Of a stretch of DNA of 64,000 nucleotides, positions 51,901 through 64,000 are shown in pieces. Numbering within the stretch: the stretch's first letter is position 1; every line of letters starts with the position of its first letter. A program made the position numbers and the translations under genes. Origin of the DNA: Camelus dromedarius (lineage: Eukaryota); the NCBI RefSeq assembly GCF_036321535.1, contig NC_087437.1:74402001-74466000 (forward strand), given 5' to 3'. Under the pieces are notes generated by a model, which saw nothing but the letters and a program-made list of their open reading frames with translations, ran no database searches and was not told the origin of the DNA.

Positions 51901-53635
51901 GAAGATGCTCCCTTTCACAAATTCATTCTCCCATTCTCTATGTACGCTTTCATAGGCTCAACCTGAGGTGAACTCCAAAACCTTTAACAGTTTGAGCCAC
52001 TTATTTGTTCATTACTGCATCTTCAACACATACTATGATTCCTGATACATCAGAAGTATTTGAGAGAGCTTTGTTACCTGAATGAGAAAAATGGATGAAT
52101 AAATGAGAATGAATTTTTTCTCCCTAACTAGTCAACCAACTCTTTGATGTTAGTTTCCTGGGGCTAAACTTTCCTTGTATTTCTTTATAACTTAACAAAC
52201 ATACTTCCTTATCTTTAGTTTATTAGCCATAGTTTTGAAAACAGAGTAGATTTGAATAAAAATTTATTGGTTGTATTATTTTCTAAAAGCCTTTATTATT
52301 TATGAAATCCTATAATAGTGATCCTATTGGGTCACTGCATAGTCAAGTGAAGATCTTAAAGCTTTTGTAAACATATTTCAACTCCATCTAAGGAGCCAGT
52401 GACACACCAACTGTCCCTTAGGACAGCAAATGAAGAAGGTGAAATTAAACTTCTTGCATTCCTCTGACCAACAAATAGCTGACAACGCCAGGAAAGAGCC
52501 ATTGTTTTTATATTGCGTTATTAGATGCAAGAGCCTTCACAGGAAGCAGTACGGTGTGCTGGAATGCGACCCTCACTCCTCATCCTCAGCGGCAGCCGCC
52601 CGTGCCCATTTCGCTCTGACCTGAACTTGGTAGTACTGGGCCTCCCCAAGTTCCAAGCCACGAACTTGCTCCCAGCAGGAACGATGAGGATTATGCTAGG
52701 GGCAAATGACCAAAGCCTGGAGCAGCAAGAACTGCTCCCAGAGCTGAAGCGTTCATACAATCAACACCAGAATTAGGCAGCACATTTTTGTTAAACACTG
52801 TTCTTGTTAAAGACATTAGTCATGAGGCTTCCTTAAAACCAACTGAGATGTTTCTAGAATTTGAACACAGAACTGGTCATGTGAGAGCAAAACCATTTAA
52901 AAAAAAAAAAAAAGAGAGAGAGAGAAAGTTGTCCAAGAACTTGATCCTAGGCTCAGCAAGTAGCTGAAATCAGATTTCTGTATGAACCTTAGCATGCAAA
53001 CATCAAATATTGTTGGGTGGTGAGCTGAAACCGACTCGCCTTCCTTTGTGTCAATGTGTGCTAAACCTGCCCTATCAGATCCTGTCTCCATTCTTCCTCA
53101 AACGACTGCCATATCAATTTCAGCACTCATGATTAGTCTGTTCAGATTTTCTGTTACTTTCTGGTTCAGTCTTGGGAGATCATACTTGTCTAAGAATCTG
53201 TCCATTTCCTCCAGGTCCTCCATCTTATTGGCATAGGGTTGTTAGTATCTCTTACGACCCTTTGTATTTCTGTGGTGTCAGTCCTACTTCTTTTTCATTT
53301 CTGATTTTATTGATTTGAGCCCTCTCCGTTTTGTTCTTGATGAGTTTGGCTAAAGGTTTATCAATTTTGTTTACATTTTCAAAGAACCAACTCTTAGTGT
53401 CATTGATTTTTTTCTATTTTTTTCACCTCTATCTCATTTATTTCTGCCTTAATCTTTTCTGATTTCTTTTCTTCCACTAACTCTGGGTTTGTTTGTTCTC
53501 CTTTCTCTCTTTGCTTTAGGTGTAAGACTGGGTTGTTTATTTGACATTTTTCTTGTTTCCTGAGAGAAGCCTGTAGTGGTCTACATCTTCCTCCTAGGAG
53601 TGCTTTTGCTGCACCTCATAGGTTTCAGGTCATCA

Positions 53636-54290
53636 TCATAGACACTTTGTCTCTAGGCATTTTTTGATTTCCTCTTTTATTTCTTCAGTGATCCACTGGT
53701 GATTCAGTAGCATATTATTTAGCCTCCATGAGTTTGTGTTTATTGCAGTTTTTTTTTTCTGGTAGTTGATTTCTAGTCCCATAGTGTTGTGATTGGAAAA
53801 GATGTTTGATACAATTTCAATTCTCTTAAATTTACCAAGGCTTTCTTTGTGGCTCAGCATATGATCTATCCTGCATTTGCACCTAAAAAGAATGTATATT
53901 CTGCTGCTTCCAGATGAAATGCTCTATAAATATCAAGCCCATCTGGTCTAATGTGTTATTTAGGGCTTGTATTTCCTTATTGATTATCCATCTGGACGAT
54001 CTGTCCATTGATGTAAGTGGGGTGTTAAGGTCCCCCACTATTATTGTGTAATTGTTGTTTTCTCCTTTTATGTCTGTTAACAGTTGTCTTACATATTGAG
54101 GTGCTCCTACATTGGGTGCACAGATATTTACAATTGTTATATCTTCTTCTTGGATTGATCCCTTGATCATTATGTAGTGCCCTTCTTTGTCTCTTGTAAC
54201 AGTCTTTATTTTAAAGTTTATTTTGTCTGATATAAGTCTAGCTACTCCAGCTGTCTTCTGATTACCATTTGCATGGAATACTTTTTCCAT
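53636..54290 (-). pseudogene. L1 ORF2 APE-like endonuclease remnant
   Basis: Recognisable motifs GHYIMIKG, GDLNTPL and IFSNHN, split across frames. Confidence 0.9.
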
Positions 54291-54650
54291 CCCCTCACTT
54301 TTGGTCAGTATGTGTCTCTAGATCTGAAGTGTGTCTCTTGTAAACAGCATATATACGGGTCTTGTCTTTGCATTCATTCAGCGAGTTTGTGTCTTTTGGT
54401 GGAGCATTTAATCCACTTACAATGAAGGTAATTATAGATATGTATGTTTTATTAAAATTTTGTTAATTGCTTTAGGTTTATTTTTGTAGGCCTTTTTTTC
54501 CCCTTTCTTCCTTCATTCTCTTGTCAGTTTGATGACTATTTTCAATGTTATGTTTGGATTCCATTTTCATTTTTTGTATATATATCTTTTACAGATTTTT
54601 GGTTTATAATTACCATGAGGTTTTGGTAGAATAGTATGTATCTATAACAC

Positions 54651-54655
<5 letters not shown>

Positions 54656-54696
<41 letters not shown>
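54656..54696. repeat. (AC)n microsatellite inside the L1 inter-ORF region
   Basis: Perfect dinucleotide run. Confidence 0.95.
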
Positions 54697-54700
<4 letters not shown>

Positions 54701-57464
54701 TACATGCTTGTTTTAAATTGTTGATCTCTTAATTTCAAAAGCATTTTAAATACTCTGCATTTGTACTCTCATCCCCTCATAATTACTGATTCTGATACCA
54801 TATCTTAACATCTAACTGTTTTGTGTATCCCTTAACTGCTTATTCTGGATACAGGTGATTTTACTACTTCTGCCTTTTAACCTCCCTCCTAGTGTGCATG
54901 TGGATGACTTCCTGTCTTTATTGTATATTGGTCTTTACCGGTGAGCTTTTCCATTTTGTACTTTCCTTGTTTGTAGTTGTGGCCTTTTCTTTTCTGCCTA
55001 AAGAAGTTCCTTTAGCATGTGTTGTAAAGCTGGTTTGGCGCTGCTGAATTCTTTCCACTTTTGCTTACCTGCAAAGCGTTTGATTTCTTCATCAAATCCG
55101 AATGAGAGCCTTGCTGGATAGAGTATTTTTGGTTGTAGGCTTTTTTCCCTTTCATCGCTTGAAATATATCATGCCACTCCCTTCTGGCCTGCAGAGCTTC
55201 TGCTGAAAAATCGGCTGAAAGCCTTATGGGAGTTCCCTTGTTTGTTATTTGTTGCATTTCCCTTGCTGTTTTTTAATATTTTGCTTCACCTTTTGTCAAC
55301 TTGATTACTATGTGTCTTGGTGTGTTCCTCTTTGGGACTGTATGGGACTCTCTGAGCTTCCTGGACTTAGTAAGTGTTTCCTTTCCCAGGTTAGTGAGTT
55401 TTCAGCTATTTTCTCTTCAGTTAGTTTCTCAGACCCTTTTCCTCCCTCTTCTCCTTCTGGAACCACTACAATGTGACTGTTCACAATCTTGCTGTTGTCC
55501 TAGATGTCTCGTAAACTGTCCTCATTTCTTTTCATTCTTTTGTCTTTTTCCTCTTCTACTGTAGTGATTTTCACTACTTGGTCTCCTAGCTCACTGATCT
55601 TCTGCTTCATTTAGTCTACTATTGGTTCCCTCTATCGTATTTTTCATTTCTGTTAATCATATTCTTCAACTCTGTTTGGCTGCTCTTTATATGTTCTAAA
55701 TTTAAAAAAACAAAACAAAACAAAACAACAACAACAGCAACAACAAAAACTTCTAACTTCTTGCTCTGTGCATCCATTCTTCTCCTGATCTCTTGGATCA
55801 TCTTTATGATCACTACCCAGAACTCTTTCTTGGGTAGATTGCCTATCTCCACTTCACTTGGTTGTTCTTCTGGGGTTTTATCTTGCTCCTTCATCTGGAA
55901 CATATTTCTCTGCCACCTCATTTTGTCTAAATATTGCATTTGTATTTTAACATATGTGGCAGGTTAGTTACATTTCTTGAACTTGTAGAAGTGGTCCTCT
56001 GTAGGGGATGTCCTGTGTGTCTCAGTGGTACACTTCTGTCTCATCACCCAAGGGCCAGGAGCCAGCTGGTCCCAGGTTAGGGTCTGGCCTGCATTTGTGG
56101 ATGCTTTCCACAGGCTGCAGGATCATAGTTTTCTTGCTTCTATTGTCTGTGCCTTGGTGCATGAGGCAGATCTAAAGGCTTCTGCAGGCTTCCTGGCAGG
56201 AGGGGTTGGTGCCTGCCCAGTGACAGGTGGAACTGGGTCCTAGACCTCTGGTGGCCATGGCCTTGTCTAGGGGTACGTCTAGAGGAGGTCATGGGCTCAG
56301 AATATCTTTAGGCAGCCTGTCTGCTGATGGGTGGGGCTGTGTTTCCACCAGTTAGTTGTCTGACCTGAGGCATCCCAGCACTGGAGCCTACAGGCTGCTG
56401 ACTGAGGCCAGATCTTGGTGCTAATGGCTTAAACAAGATGTCGGCCTCCAGGACAATTCACACAGATGAATACTGCCCAATATGTCAGCCACCAGTTTTT
56501 ATGTCCCAAGGGTAAGCAACAGCTGCCCCCACCGCCTCCCCAGGTGATCATCCAAGACCAGCAAGTTAAGTCTGGCCAGGCTCCAATGAAGTTACTGTTT
56601 TTGTCCTTGGTCCCGGTGCACATGAGATTTTGTATGTGCCCTTTAAGAGTGAAATATCTGTTTCCTCAAGTCCTGTGGAGCTCCTGCAATTAAGCCCCAC
56701 TGGCCTTCAAAGCCAAATGCTCTGGGGACGCCTCTTCCAAATGCTGGACCCCCAGGCCTGGGATCCTGACATGGGGCTCAGAACTCTCACTCCTGTGGGA
56801 GAACATCTGCAATATAATTATTCTCCAGTCTGTGGGTCGCCCACCCAGAGGGTATGAAATCTGATAATATCATAAGTGCACCCCTCCTACCACCTCATTG
56901 TGGTTCTTTCTTTATGTCTTTAGTTGTAGATCTTTTTTGGTAGATTCCAGTCCTTTTTATCAATGGTTTGTTCAGCAATTAGTTGTGATTTTGGTGTGCT
57001 AGTGAGAGGAAGTGAGCTCAATGTCCTTCTACTTCATCTTCTTGGTTAATCCTTGCCTCTCATTTTTAACATTAGCAGTAAAGAGGTCTTATCCTCAAGT
57101 AGGAAAAAAAAAGTATTTTGTTGGTCATGTTGTCATTTGCACATTACTTCCTCTTTTGTCATTCACTTCAGCAAATACCTTTGATAAATATTTCTTTGCT
57201 TTTGTTTGAATCCCTTTTATGTCTGCCCACTTTACTTCTACTTATTCCCCTTTGTCCCTTGTTTAGCTATCCTATAGGATCATGAAAGCACCAGACTTCT
57301 AGATTAGAAGATACTCTAAGCCAGACTTTACCTCTACTTAATCATGTGGTTTATTTCCTCCCTGTATCTGTTTACTACCTGCAAAATGAGGACATAGGAT
57401 TAAATCAATGTTGAATGTACAATTCTGTATGTACACGCATTTTTCTTAGAAAAGAAGAGTCATC

Positions 57465-58008
57465 CATGGAAACAGACTAAATTTCCATCAACAGATGACT
57501 GGATAAAGAAGATGTGGTATATTTATACAATGGAACACTATTCAGCCATAAAAAACGACAACATAACGCCATTTGCAGCAACATGGATATCCCTGGAGAA
57601 TGTCATTCTAAGTGAAGCAAGCCAGAAAGAGAAAGAAAAATACCATATGAGATCACTCATATGTGGAATCTAAAAAAAAAAAAAAAGAACATAAATACAA
57701 AACAGAAACAAACAGACAGACATAGAATACAAACTTGTGGTTGCCAAGGAGGAGTGGACTGGGAAGGGATAGACTGGGAGTTCAAAATTTGTAGATACTG
57801 ACAGGCATATGTAGACTAGATACACAAGATTATACTGTATAGCACAGGAAAATATATACAAGATCTTGTGGTAGCTCACAGCAAAAAAAAAAGTGACAAT
57901 AAATATATGTATGTTCATGTATAACTGAAAAATTGTGCTCTACACTGGAATTTGACACAACACTGTAAAATGACTATAACTCAATAAAAAAACGTTTAAA
58001 AAAAAAAA
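57465..58008 (+). mobile_element. Young lineage-specific (camelid-like) L1 3' end
   Basis: End of ORF2 (gactggataaagaagatgtggtatatttatacaatggaa), 3'UTR and A-tail; 17-bp TSD agaaaaga(a/g)gagtcatc at 57448-57464 and 58009-58025. Confidence 0.95.
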
Positions 58009-58984
58009 AGAAAAGAGGAGTCATCATTTATCAATTCTTTGGAGTATTTTGTAAACCATAGCTGGTTTACTACTTAGATTAGCAAATCAACATTCTCTTT
58101 TCTCTTATCATCTAAAACAATCGAGACAATAAGAAAAGTCGTTTCCTCCAAGTCAGCTTCAAAAAGTGTTCACATATTCCCAGAGAATAAAAGTCCCCTA
58201 TGATGTTTGTGTGTGTATGTGTGTATATTTTCCTAAATTTGATTTTAAAGTATTTTAATGCTATCAGGTTGAAAAACTCAGTAAGTATCAACAACAAAAC
58301 ATATTAGAAACTATGTTTAAATAAATAAAATCTGGGTGATGGTAACAGTGCCATGAAGAGCCTCAAATAAAGAATGTAATATATGAAATTATATTTTAGA
58401 AATAAAAAAGACAATGCCTTGAAGTGATGGAATACTACACAATAATGATTTTTCATCTAATTGCTGATGACTTCAACTATATTATTATTAATATTTGAAA
58501 AAATATGAGAGATGGACATGATATTTATGTCAATATTTCAGAATTTAAAACACGTTATTAAAAGCTAGCTTGAGTTTTCAGGCAGTCATACAAAATATAT
58601 ATGTATTTTATGGTGAAATGTGGCTTCTTCTCTTAGTCTCACAGCCAGATGAAAATTATCTAACCTGACCACCCTGTAGCTTTACATGGTTAAGCAGGCC
58701 TGTCCTTAAGTAAGCGACTATCGCCAGGGGGTTGTTTACTGGTCTTTCACAGGATAGGATATGATGCTGCATGGATGGGAATTCTATTTTCAACCCTAAC
58801 TCTAAGCAGGAAGTAGATGATCTTTCCAAGAGAGGTTTAAATCCCCTATAGCTACACTACACTGAATATCAATCCCTGCAGAGAAAATGCATACACAGCC
58901 TGCTCACATTAGATAAACACAGACACCATATTAATTCACAGCAATAACCAGTATTTTTCAGAGCATATTTCATGGAAATAAAGA

Positions 58985-59400
58985 TCCAGTAAGCTCTACC
59001 TGGCAAGTCCCAAAGAAACAACTATTAGGATTTCATAGAAAGATCAGTAAATGATTCACAGCAAAAGAAGTAGCTTTCCTTTACACTAGCAATAACCACC
59101 AGTGTGTAATGGGGAAAAAAACAGCATATTGACAATAGCAACAAAGTCCATCACATAAAATATCTAGGGTTAACTGAATAAATATGCAAGTCCTACATTT
59201 AAGAAAAGAGACAGATAAAATTTATAAAACCTTTTTCAAAAAGAGAAAGGTGATTTGAAATTACCTCTGCAGAATGGGAGAAGAAATACTGCAAAGGTAT
59301 CCTCCCCAAACTAATGTATAAATTCAAATAAATCCAGTAAAACATAAGGTTTATTTTTAATGTTACAAGTCAGGTCTAAAGTATATATAGACCATATGAG
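58985..59400 (+). mobile_element. Very old L1M ORF2 fragment
   Basis: gtagctttcctttacactagcaataacc...acaatagcaacaaa...ataaaatatctaggg...ctccccaaactaatgtataaattcaa. Confidence 0.65.
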
Positions 59401-59704
59401 GTCAAATATCACATCTCTTTTACCTCTCATCCTATTTTAATATTTTCTATTGCTGTAGCATATAATTAGTCCTTGACTGGTAAGTTTACATTAATTGAAT
59501 AAATAAATTAATACAATCCAAGTAATAAATCCGCTATAGTAAATATATAACAAGAGCCTCTATACTTCTGAAAGAGAGTAACAGCCTTTCATATATCAGA
59601 ATAGCTCTCTGCCCAGGAAAAACTTTCTGACAACGGCATAGAAAGGAGGAGCCCAAGCAGAGTGTGGCAGTCCTTGTATACAAACCTAATAAAGACTTTA
59701 TAGG

Positions 59705-59880
59705 ACAAAACAACTATATGGCAATGCATTTCATTAACGTAAATACAAACATCCTCAACAAAATATTAGCACACCAAATCCAGAAAGATATTTAAAAAGT
59801 GATATTTTATGACCGAATGGGCTTTATCCCAGGAATGCAAAGTTGGCTCAACATTAAAAAATCAATGTAATCTGCTACAG
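59705..59880 (+). mobile_element. Old L1 ORF2 RT-region fragment
   Basis: atcctcaacaaaatattagca...aatccag...tgaccgaatgggctttatcccaggaatgcaaagttggctcaacatt (ILNKILA...GFIPGMQ.W.NI motif). Confidence 0.85.
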
Positions 59881-60889
59881 TTGAAGAATATTCAGTGAAA
59901 CCATAGTAATTAAAACAACCTGAGTAATAAGCACCTTGTAAGAAGCAGACATTCCATCATCAAGCAGAACAATGATGAATATTTTAAAGAAGGTCCACAC
60001 AGAACTAGCTCACATGACTGAAGGGAGTAATAGTTACTTAGAGAACAAAAACTGGAAACTAGGATCAAGACCAATTCTATGCACACATACAGAAAACAAT
60101 ATATAATTCTCACATAAGAGGATGACTTTAAAGCAATCTCAGCAAATCCCTTCTTCAGCTGAAGCGCCTCTCTGGCTACTGCTGTATATTTAGTCCCAGT
60201 AGATCCTTGGTGGCCAATAGTGTCCAGTGCTTAGACAGGCAAAGAATGGTCAAATGTTCCCGTTATAGAACCCAGCTTTAATGAGCTTTATCTCTATCAG
60301 GTCTTTTATGTGCTATAATTTCATAGATTAAAATATATGCGATTTCTAAGCAACAATTAAGTTTAAGCTATAGCATTCATTTCCAGATAAACAGCAGTTG
60401 CTCTTCAATAAACCACAGTATTAGAGAAAGTCGTGAGACCCTGGCTGTAAATTCTGCTTTTACTGTATTGTACTTTTACACTGCTTCAGTGCTTGGATTC
60501 TCCTACACCTATGAGATAAAGAAGTCAAGATCATCAACACACAGCTGGTTTTCCAGGTTATAAATCTTGTGGAAGGTGAAAAGAGCCTTATTATGTCATA
60601 GATAAGAGACTTAGAGAAGTAACTATCAGGACCAATTTACTGGACTTGGGGACTTCGAAGAATGGGAATTACTTAAGAAAGGAGAGAATATCTATTTCAG
60701 TCTCTGAACTACCTTTCCATTGCTTCACCTCGAATTTAAGGCATTTAGTCTAAGACTGATAGCATTTTCATCCTGGCTATAAACGCCTGGGCCTTGCCCT
60801 CCAGGGCATTCCTTGTCCTTTCCAATCTCTGCTATATTTGGAGAGGGGACGATTACAATAGGATGCATTGTATTCGTTGACTAATTAAA

Positions 60890-61283
60890 ACCAGCTGGCT
60901 GTGGCTCAGCTATGCTATTCAGAGGTACCAGGGAAGCTGCAAAGCTGGCAGAAGGAAAAGCCAGGATATTTCTCCATCCCCTTCCCACTCAAATCTGGGC
61001 AATGTCCCTGGCACTAACTGCATCTCTTATATGGCTTCAGCTCCCATCACACAGGTCTGCAGAAATTTAACTGGGTGACTCCAACCCCTTGACCCCTGTA
61101 ATTACGTGTCTCCCCTTATTACTCTTGCCTAGTTCTGGTGTTCGCGGCTTCCTGCTGTTGCTAACCTGGGTGACCTCACTGTCCCATTTGTCTTCTATCC
61201 CATGTTTCATGGATGCTCTGCAACTATTATTTCTAACTTAAATACTTGGAAAGGTTTCTGTTTTCTTAAATGGACTCTGACAG
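60890..61283 (+). mobile_element. LTR33-like ERVL LTR
   Basis: aagccaggatatttctcc...ggcttcagctccc...gcggcttcctgctgttgctaa...cctcactgtccc...aaatacttggaaaggtttctgttttc. Confidence 0.75.
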
Positions 61284-61994
61284 TCATTCTAAATCAGAAA
61301 AATACACATCAAAATGAAATTATGGGAATTTCCTGCAAAGTAAAAGATTTTATTGCTATACACTTATGTTTTATTTTTCATCAGCACATGGTGAGAGTAC
61401 ATCCTTTTGGATGACATTTGTGGGGTTTGTGTGTGGTTTTCACTACTGCTGCTACTAGCTGTGCAGTTGCTAAAAGGAGACTGGGCTTCTCTTTTGTTCC
61501 CAACTGCAGGTTTGAACTGAGAGACCTAAAAATGTTGATCCCTGGACTTCCTAGAGCCTTTGACTTTAATACCAGCTTACCTTTGTAGATATTTTACAGC
61601 TGCTTCTAAAATTCTTACTGATTCCTACAAATACTGGGTATCAGTTGTGTTTGGCTGACCAGAATTCTTTCCCCTTTTGTCTGGTAACTAAAGATATGTC
61701 TTCTATAGTGAACTGATTCTATGTGCTGTATGGGATAACCACTTCTCTTCTGACCGCAATGGTCATTATATTACCTGCGCCTGGCCAAAAGGAAAAGCCA
61801 CACTGATTGGGTAAGAGTTTAACAAGCAGACCGATCAGAGCCCAAACTCCCACCCCAAGGCTATACTGTTACGGCTGCCAGAGATTTCGGAAAAGACTGC
61901 CTCCTTCAATTGGACTTGCTATGGCAGATCTGAAGACACACCACTCGCATCCTACCATGAAGACATATTTGAATCAGGGCTAAAAGTGTGGTAA

Positions 61995-62225
61995 GCAAAC
62001 AGCCTTCAGTTATCAGTCCTTTCAGGGTCTACCTAAGTTTTTAAACTCCCCTCACTCCCACCTGAGGTTATACACTTCCCAGGCTACCTGTATCCGGTGA
62101 CTGAGTAAGGTAGGGAGGGGTATAAAGGTTCATTCATTTTGACTGGAAGCAGGAAACTCTGATAAGCTATGTTTGCTAGTTCTCAATGGGGTTGGCTGCG
62201 GCTTTGTCAGGCATGAGTCCCAGGC
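61995..62225 (+). mobile_element. LTR16-family fragment
   Basis: cagccttcagttatcagtcc...gaggttatacacttccc...tgactgag...gggtataaagg...gggttggctgcggctttg. Confidence 0.6.
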
Positions 62226-62482
62226 TGCCTAAGAAGAGCATGGCAACCCAGGACCCAGGCCCCTTGAACTGAGGGGCCAGGTTATAATTAGAGTCAGACC
62301 ATTAAGGTGAGCACAGACAGTAGCTAAGATTAAAAAGAATTTGGGATGAATACTAGAGGAGGAAGAAATAAGTACCAACAATAATCCCAAGACCAACTTC
62401 AGTGTCGGGGGTTGTAGTTCCCACTAAATGCTCTCCCAAACGCAGGTTTAAGAAGTAGAACTGAGCAGCACAATAGGCAAAG

Positions 62483-62882
62483 TGTAGCAGACATGAAGAT
62501 CCCTCTGAGGGCAAAACACTCTGCCCAACTGTACAAAGTGCAGTCAACAGACAGCCTCAGGGTTTGCTTTGCTCCCTCGTCACAGAGGTCCACTTTGCTG
62601 GAGGTCACACCATTCCTAGGATGGCACACATCTGTAGCTGGGGGGGGGGGGCGCGGATATATACAGGTCCAGCTCTTTGGGCCTGATGTGAGACATCTCT
62701 TAAAGCAACACTCACTCCAAATTTCCTCACCAGATTGGCTGAGGCTTTGCCAGAACTCAGTTTCAGTTTGATAGCTCCCTCTGCCCAATCCTGTTTCCCC
62801 CTCTTCCTCTCACAGGTATTAATTCCAAATAAACAGCATGTACCCATCTTTGTATCTGCTTATGGAGAACGCAGCTTTTGAC
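62483..62882 (+). mobile_element. LTR16-family ERVL solo LTR, near full length
   Basis: tgtagcagac...agatccc...cagacagcctcag...ttggctgaggctttg...ctccctctgcccaatcctgtttcc...cacaggt...aataaac. Confidence 0.75.
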
Positions 62883-64000
62883 CGCTTCCAAGCAAACAAG
62901 TGAGGTTATTGGGACTCCTGGCCATCATCTGTGCAGCACTTCACAGTGCTGGAGCGAGGCTGACGCTGCTGACATCATTTGAGCTCCAGGTCATGCCTAA
63001 ATCCATGACTAAAGCCAAATATACTCCTGGACTTTGCAGTTTTAGAAGTTAATGCATTTAAATTATTATTACTGATACTACTAGTATTATGCATAAGCAA
63101 TTTTAAATATATTTCTATCACAACTAGTCTTGTTTGACAAAATACAAAGACTACTAAATTTATTAAAAATGAAGATGACCTGTGAATGTCTAAGAATTTC
63201 ATGCCACCATGGCCTGTCCCAAAGAAGACACACTGATGTTGGGCTTAGTCTCTTCTCTTCCTGGTTCAATGGTGGGAAAATACAAGTCACTATCACCACT
63301 GTATTTACCATGCTGGGTCAGAATTACCCTTACTTCTATAAAGTACTTGACTTTTAAACATTTCCCAGGGAACATCTGCCCAGCTCCTAAATACTGCTTT
63401 AAAAAATGTCATGGACATAATGAATAGATGGTTTCTAATCTGTTTGTAAAGCCCAGTAGATAAGCAAGAGTAGTAAGCTCAAATTATACAGAAGGCTTAG
63501 CGTGTCTCTGCAATTGACAAGCAGGTGAGTTTATTTCCAACATATTTTATAGTTTATAAGCAGCCTTGAGGGATGGTTTTTTGACACTTGATTATCTAAA
63601 TACATAGAGCAACCATATGAATAAAGAAAACACCTGGTGGGAGGAATCCTGAGAATAGTCATGAATGTTACTTAGGGTTTCTACTTGAAGTGCCAATTTT
63701 CAAAAACAGGAGGATGAAAAATAAAGTATAATACTAAAATTTAACAGCTCCAAAGCACAACATACAAGGCATATTTTAAATCCTAGTAGACTATTATTAT
63801 TATCCTATATTTATAAGTAATTTTTTTATTTGTGCAAAGTATAGATGAAGCAAGTTGTTAAATGTAACAATGAATAAATTATGGACCTGAAAATTGTCAT
63901 CAGGGCCAAGAGCAATGGTGTCAGGCTAGTCTCACTGCACTATTCCATGTGCCCCTGGAGCCCAGGCTATAATGTGAATTGTTCTCTCTGGGGCTGTACA

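Larger units (their letters stand above)
53113..57045 (-). mobile_element. L1 5' half (5'UTR, ORF1, ORF2 endonuclease), decayed, lacking its 3' part
   Basis: ORF1 peptide RWQRNMFQMKEQDKTPEEQPSEVEIGNLPKKEF (55619-55939); EN domain FHANGNQK...RDKEGHYIMIKGSIQEEDITIVN..APN...IIVGDLNTPL (53883-54290); many frameshifts. Confidence 0.95.

Noticed and set aside
61564..61620. Strong minus-strand donor AAG|gtaagc
   Set aside because: No matching polypyrimidine acceptor found upstream
1..64000. The short (60-147 aa) ORFs of the ORF track as protein-coding genes
   Set aside because: Mammalian DNA; lengths fit chance, many start at non-ATG codons or lie in repeats or microsatellites, and only L1 fragments are recognisable
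1..64000. CRISPR array, operon, defence system, tRNA or rRNA genes
   Set aside because: No regularly spaced repeat-spacer array, no gene-dense region, and no cloverleaf or rRNA-like sequence seen

Overview
This is AT-rich, CpG-poor mammalian nuclear DNA, not prokaryotic. It is intronic or intergenic and heavily populated by recognisable retrotransposon and DNA-transposon remnants (MIR, L2, HAL1, L1, MaLR/ERVL LTRs, hAT MERs). The young L1 3' ends look cetartiodactyl and most like camelid L1s, and I saw no Alu, Bov-tA/A2, PRE-1 or Can-SINE; the species call is an inference. I cannot support any intact protein-coding gene, RNA gene or CRISPR array. The only ORFs I recognise are decayed L1 ORF1/ORF2 fragments. 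A few minus-strand segments have good splice signals but no recognisable product. I did not find a convincing new biological system. The most unusual structures are: (1) a mosaic of locally templated direct and inverted copies at 26560-26930; (2) a TSD-flanked L1 made of a 5'UTR fused directly to the ORF2 3' end at 44463-46316; (3) a solo poly(A) insertion with a 15-bp TSD inside it; (4) a 3'-truncated L1; (5) a CpG-retaining hairpin at 14236-14286. Repeat family names come from my recall of consensus sequences, and boundaries of old repeats are approximate.
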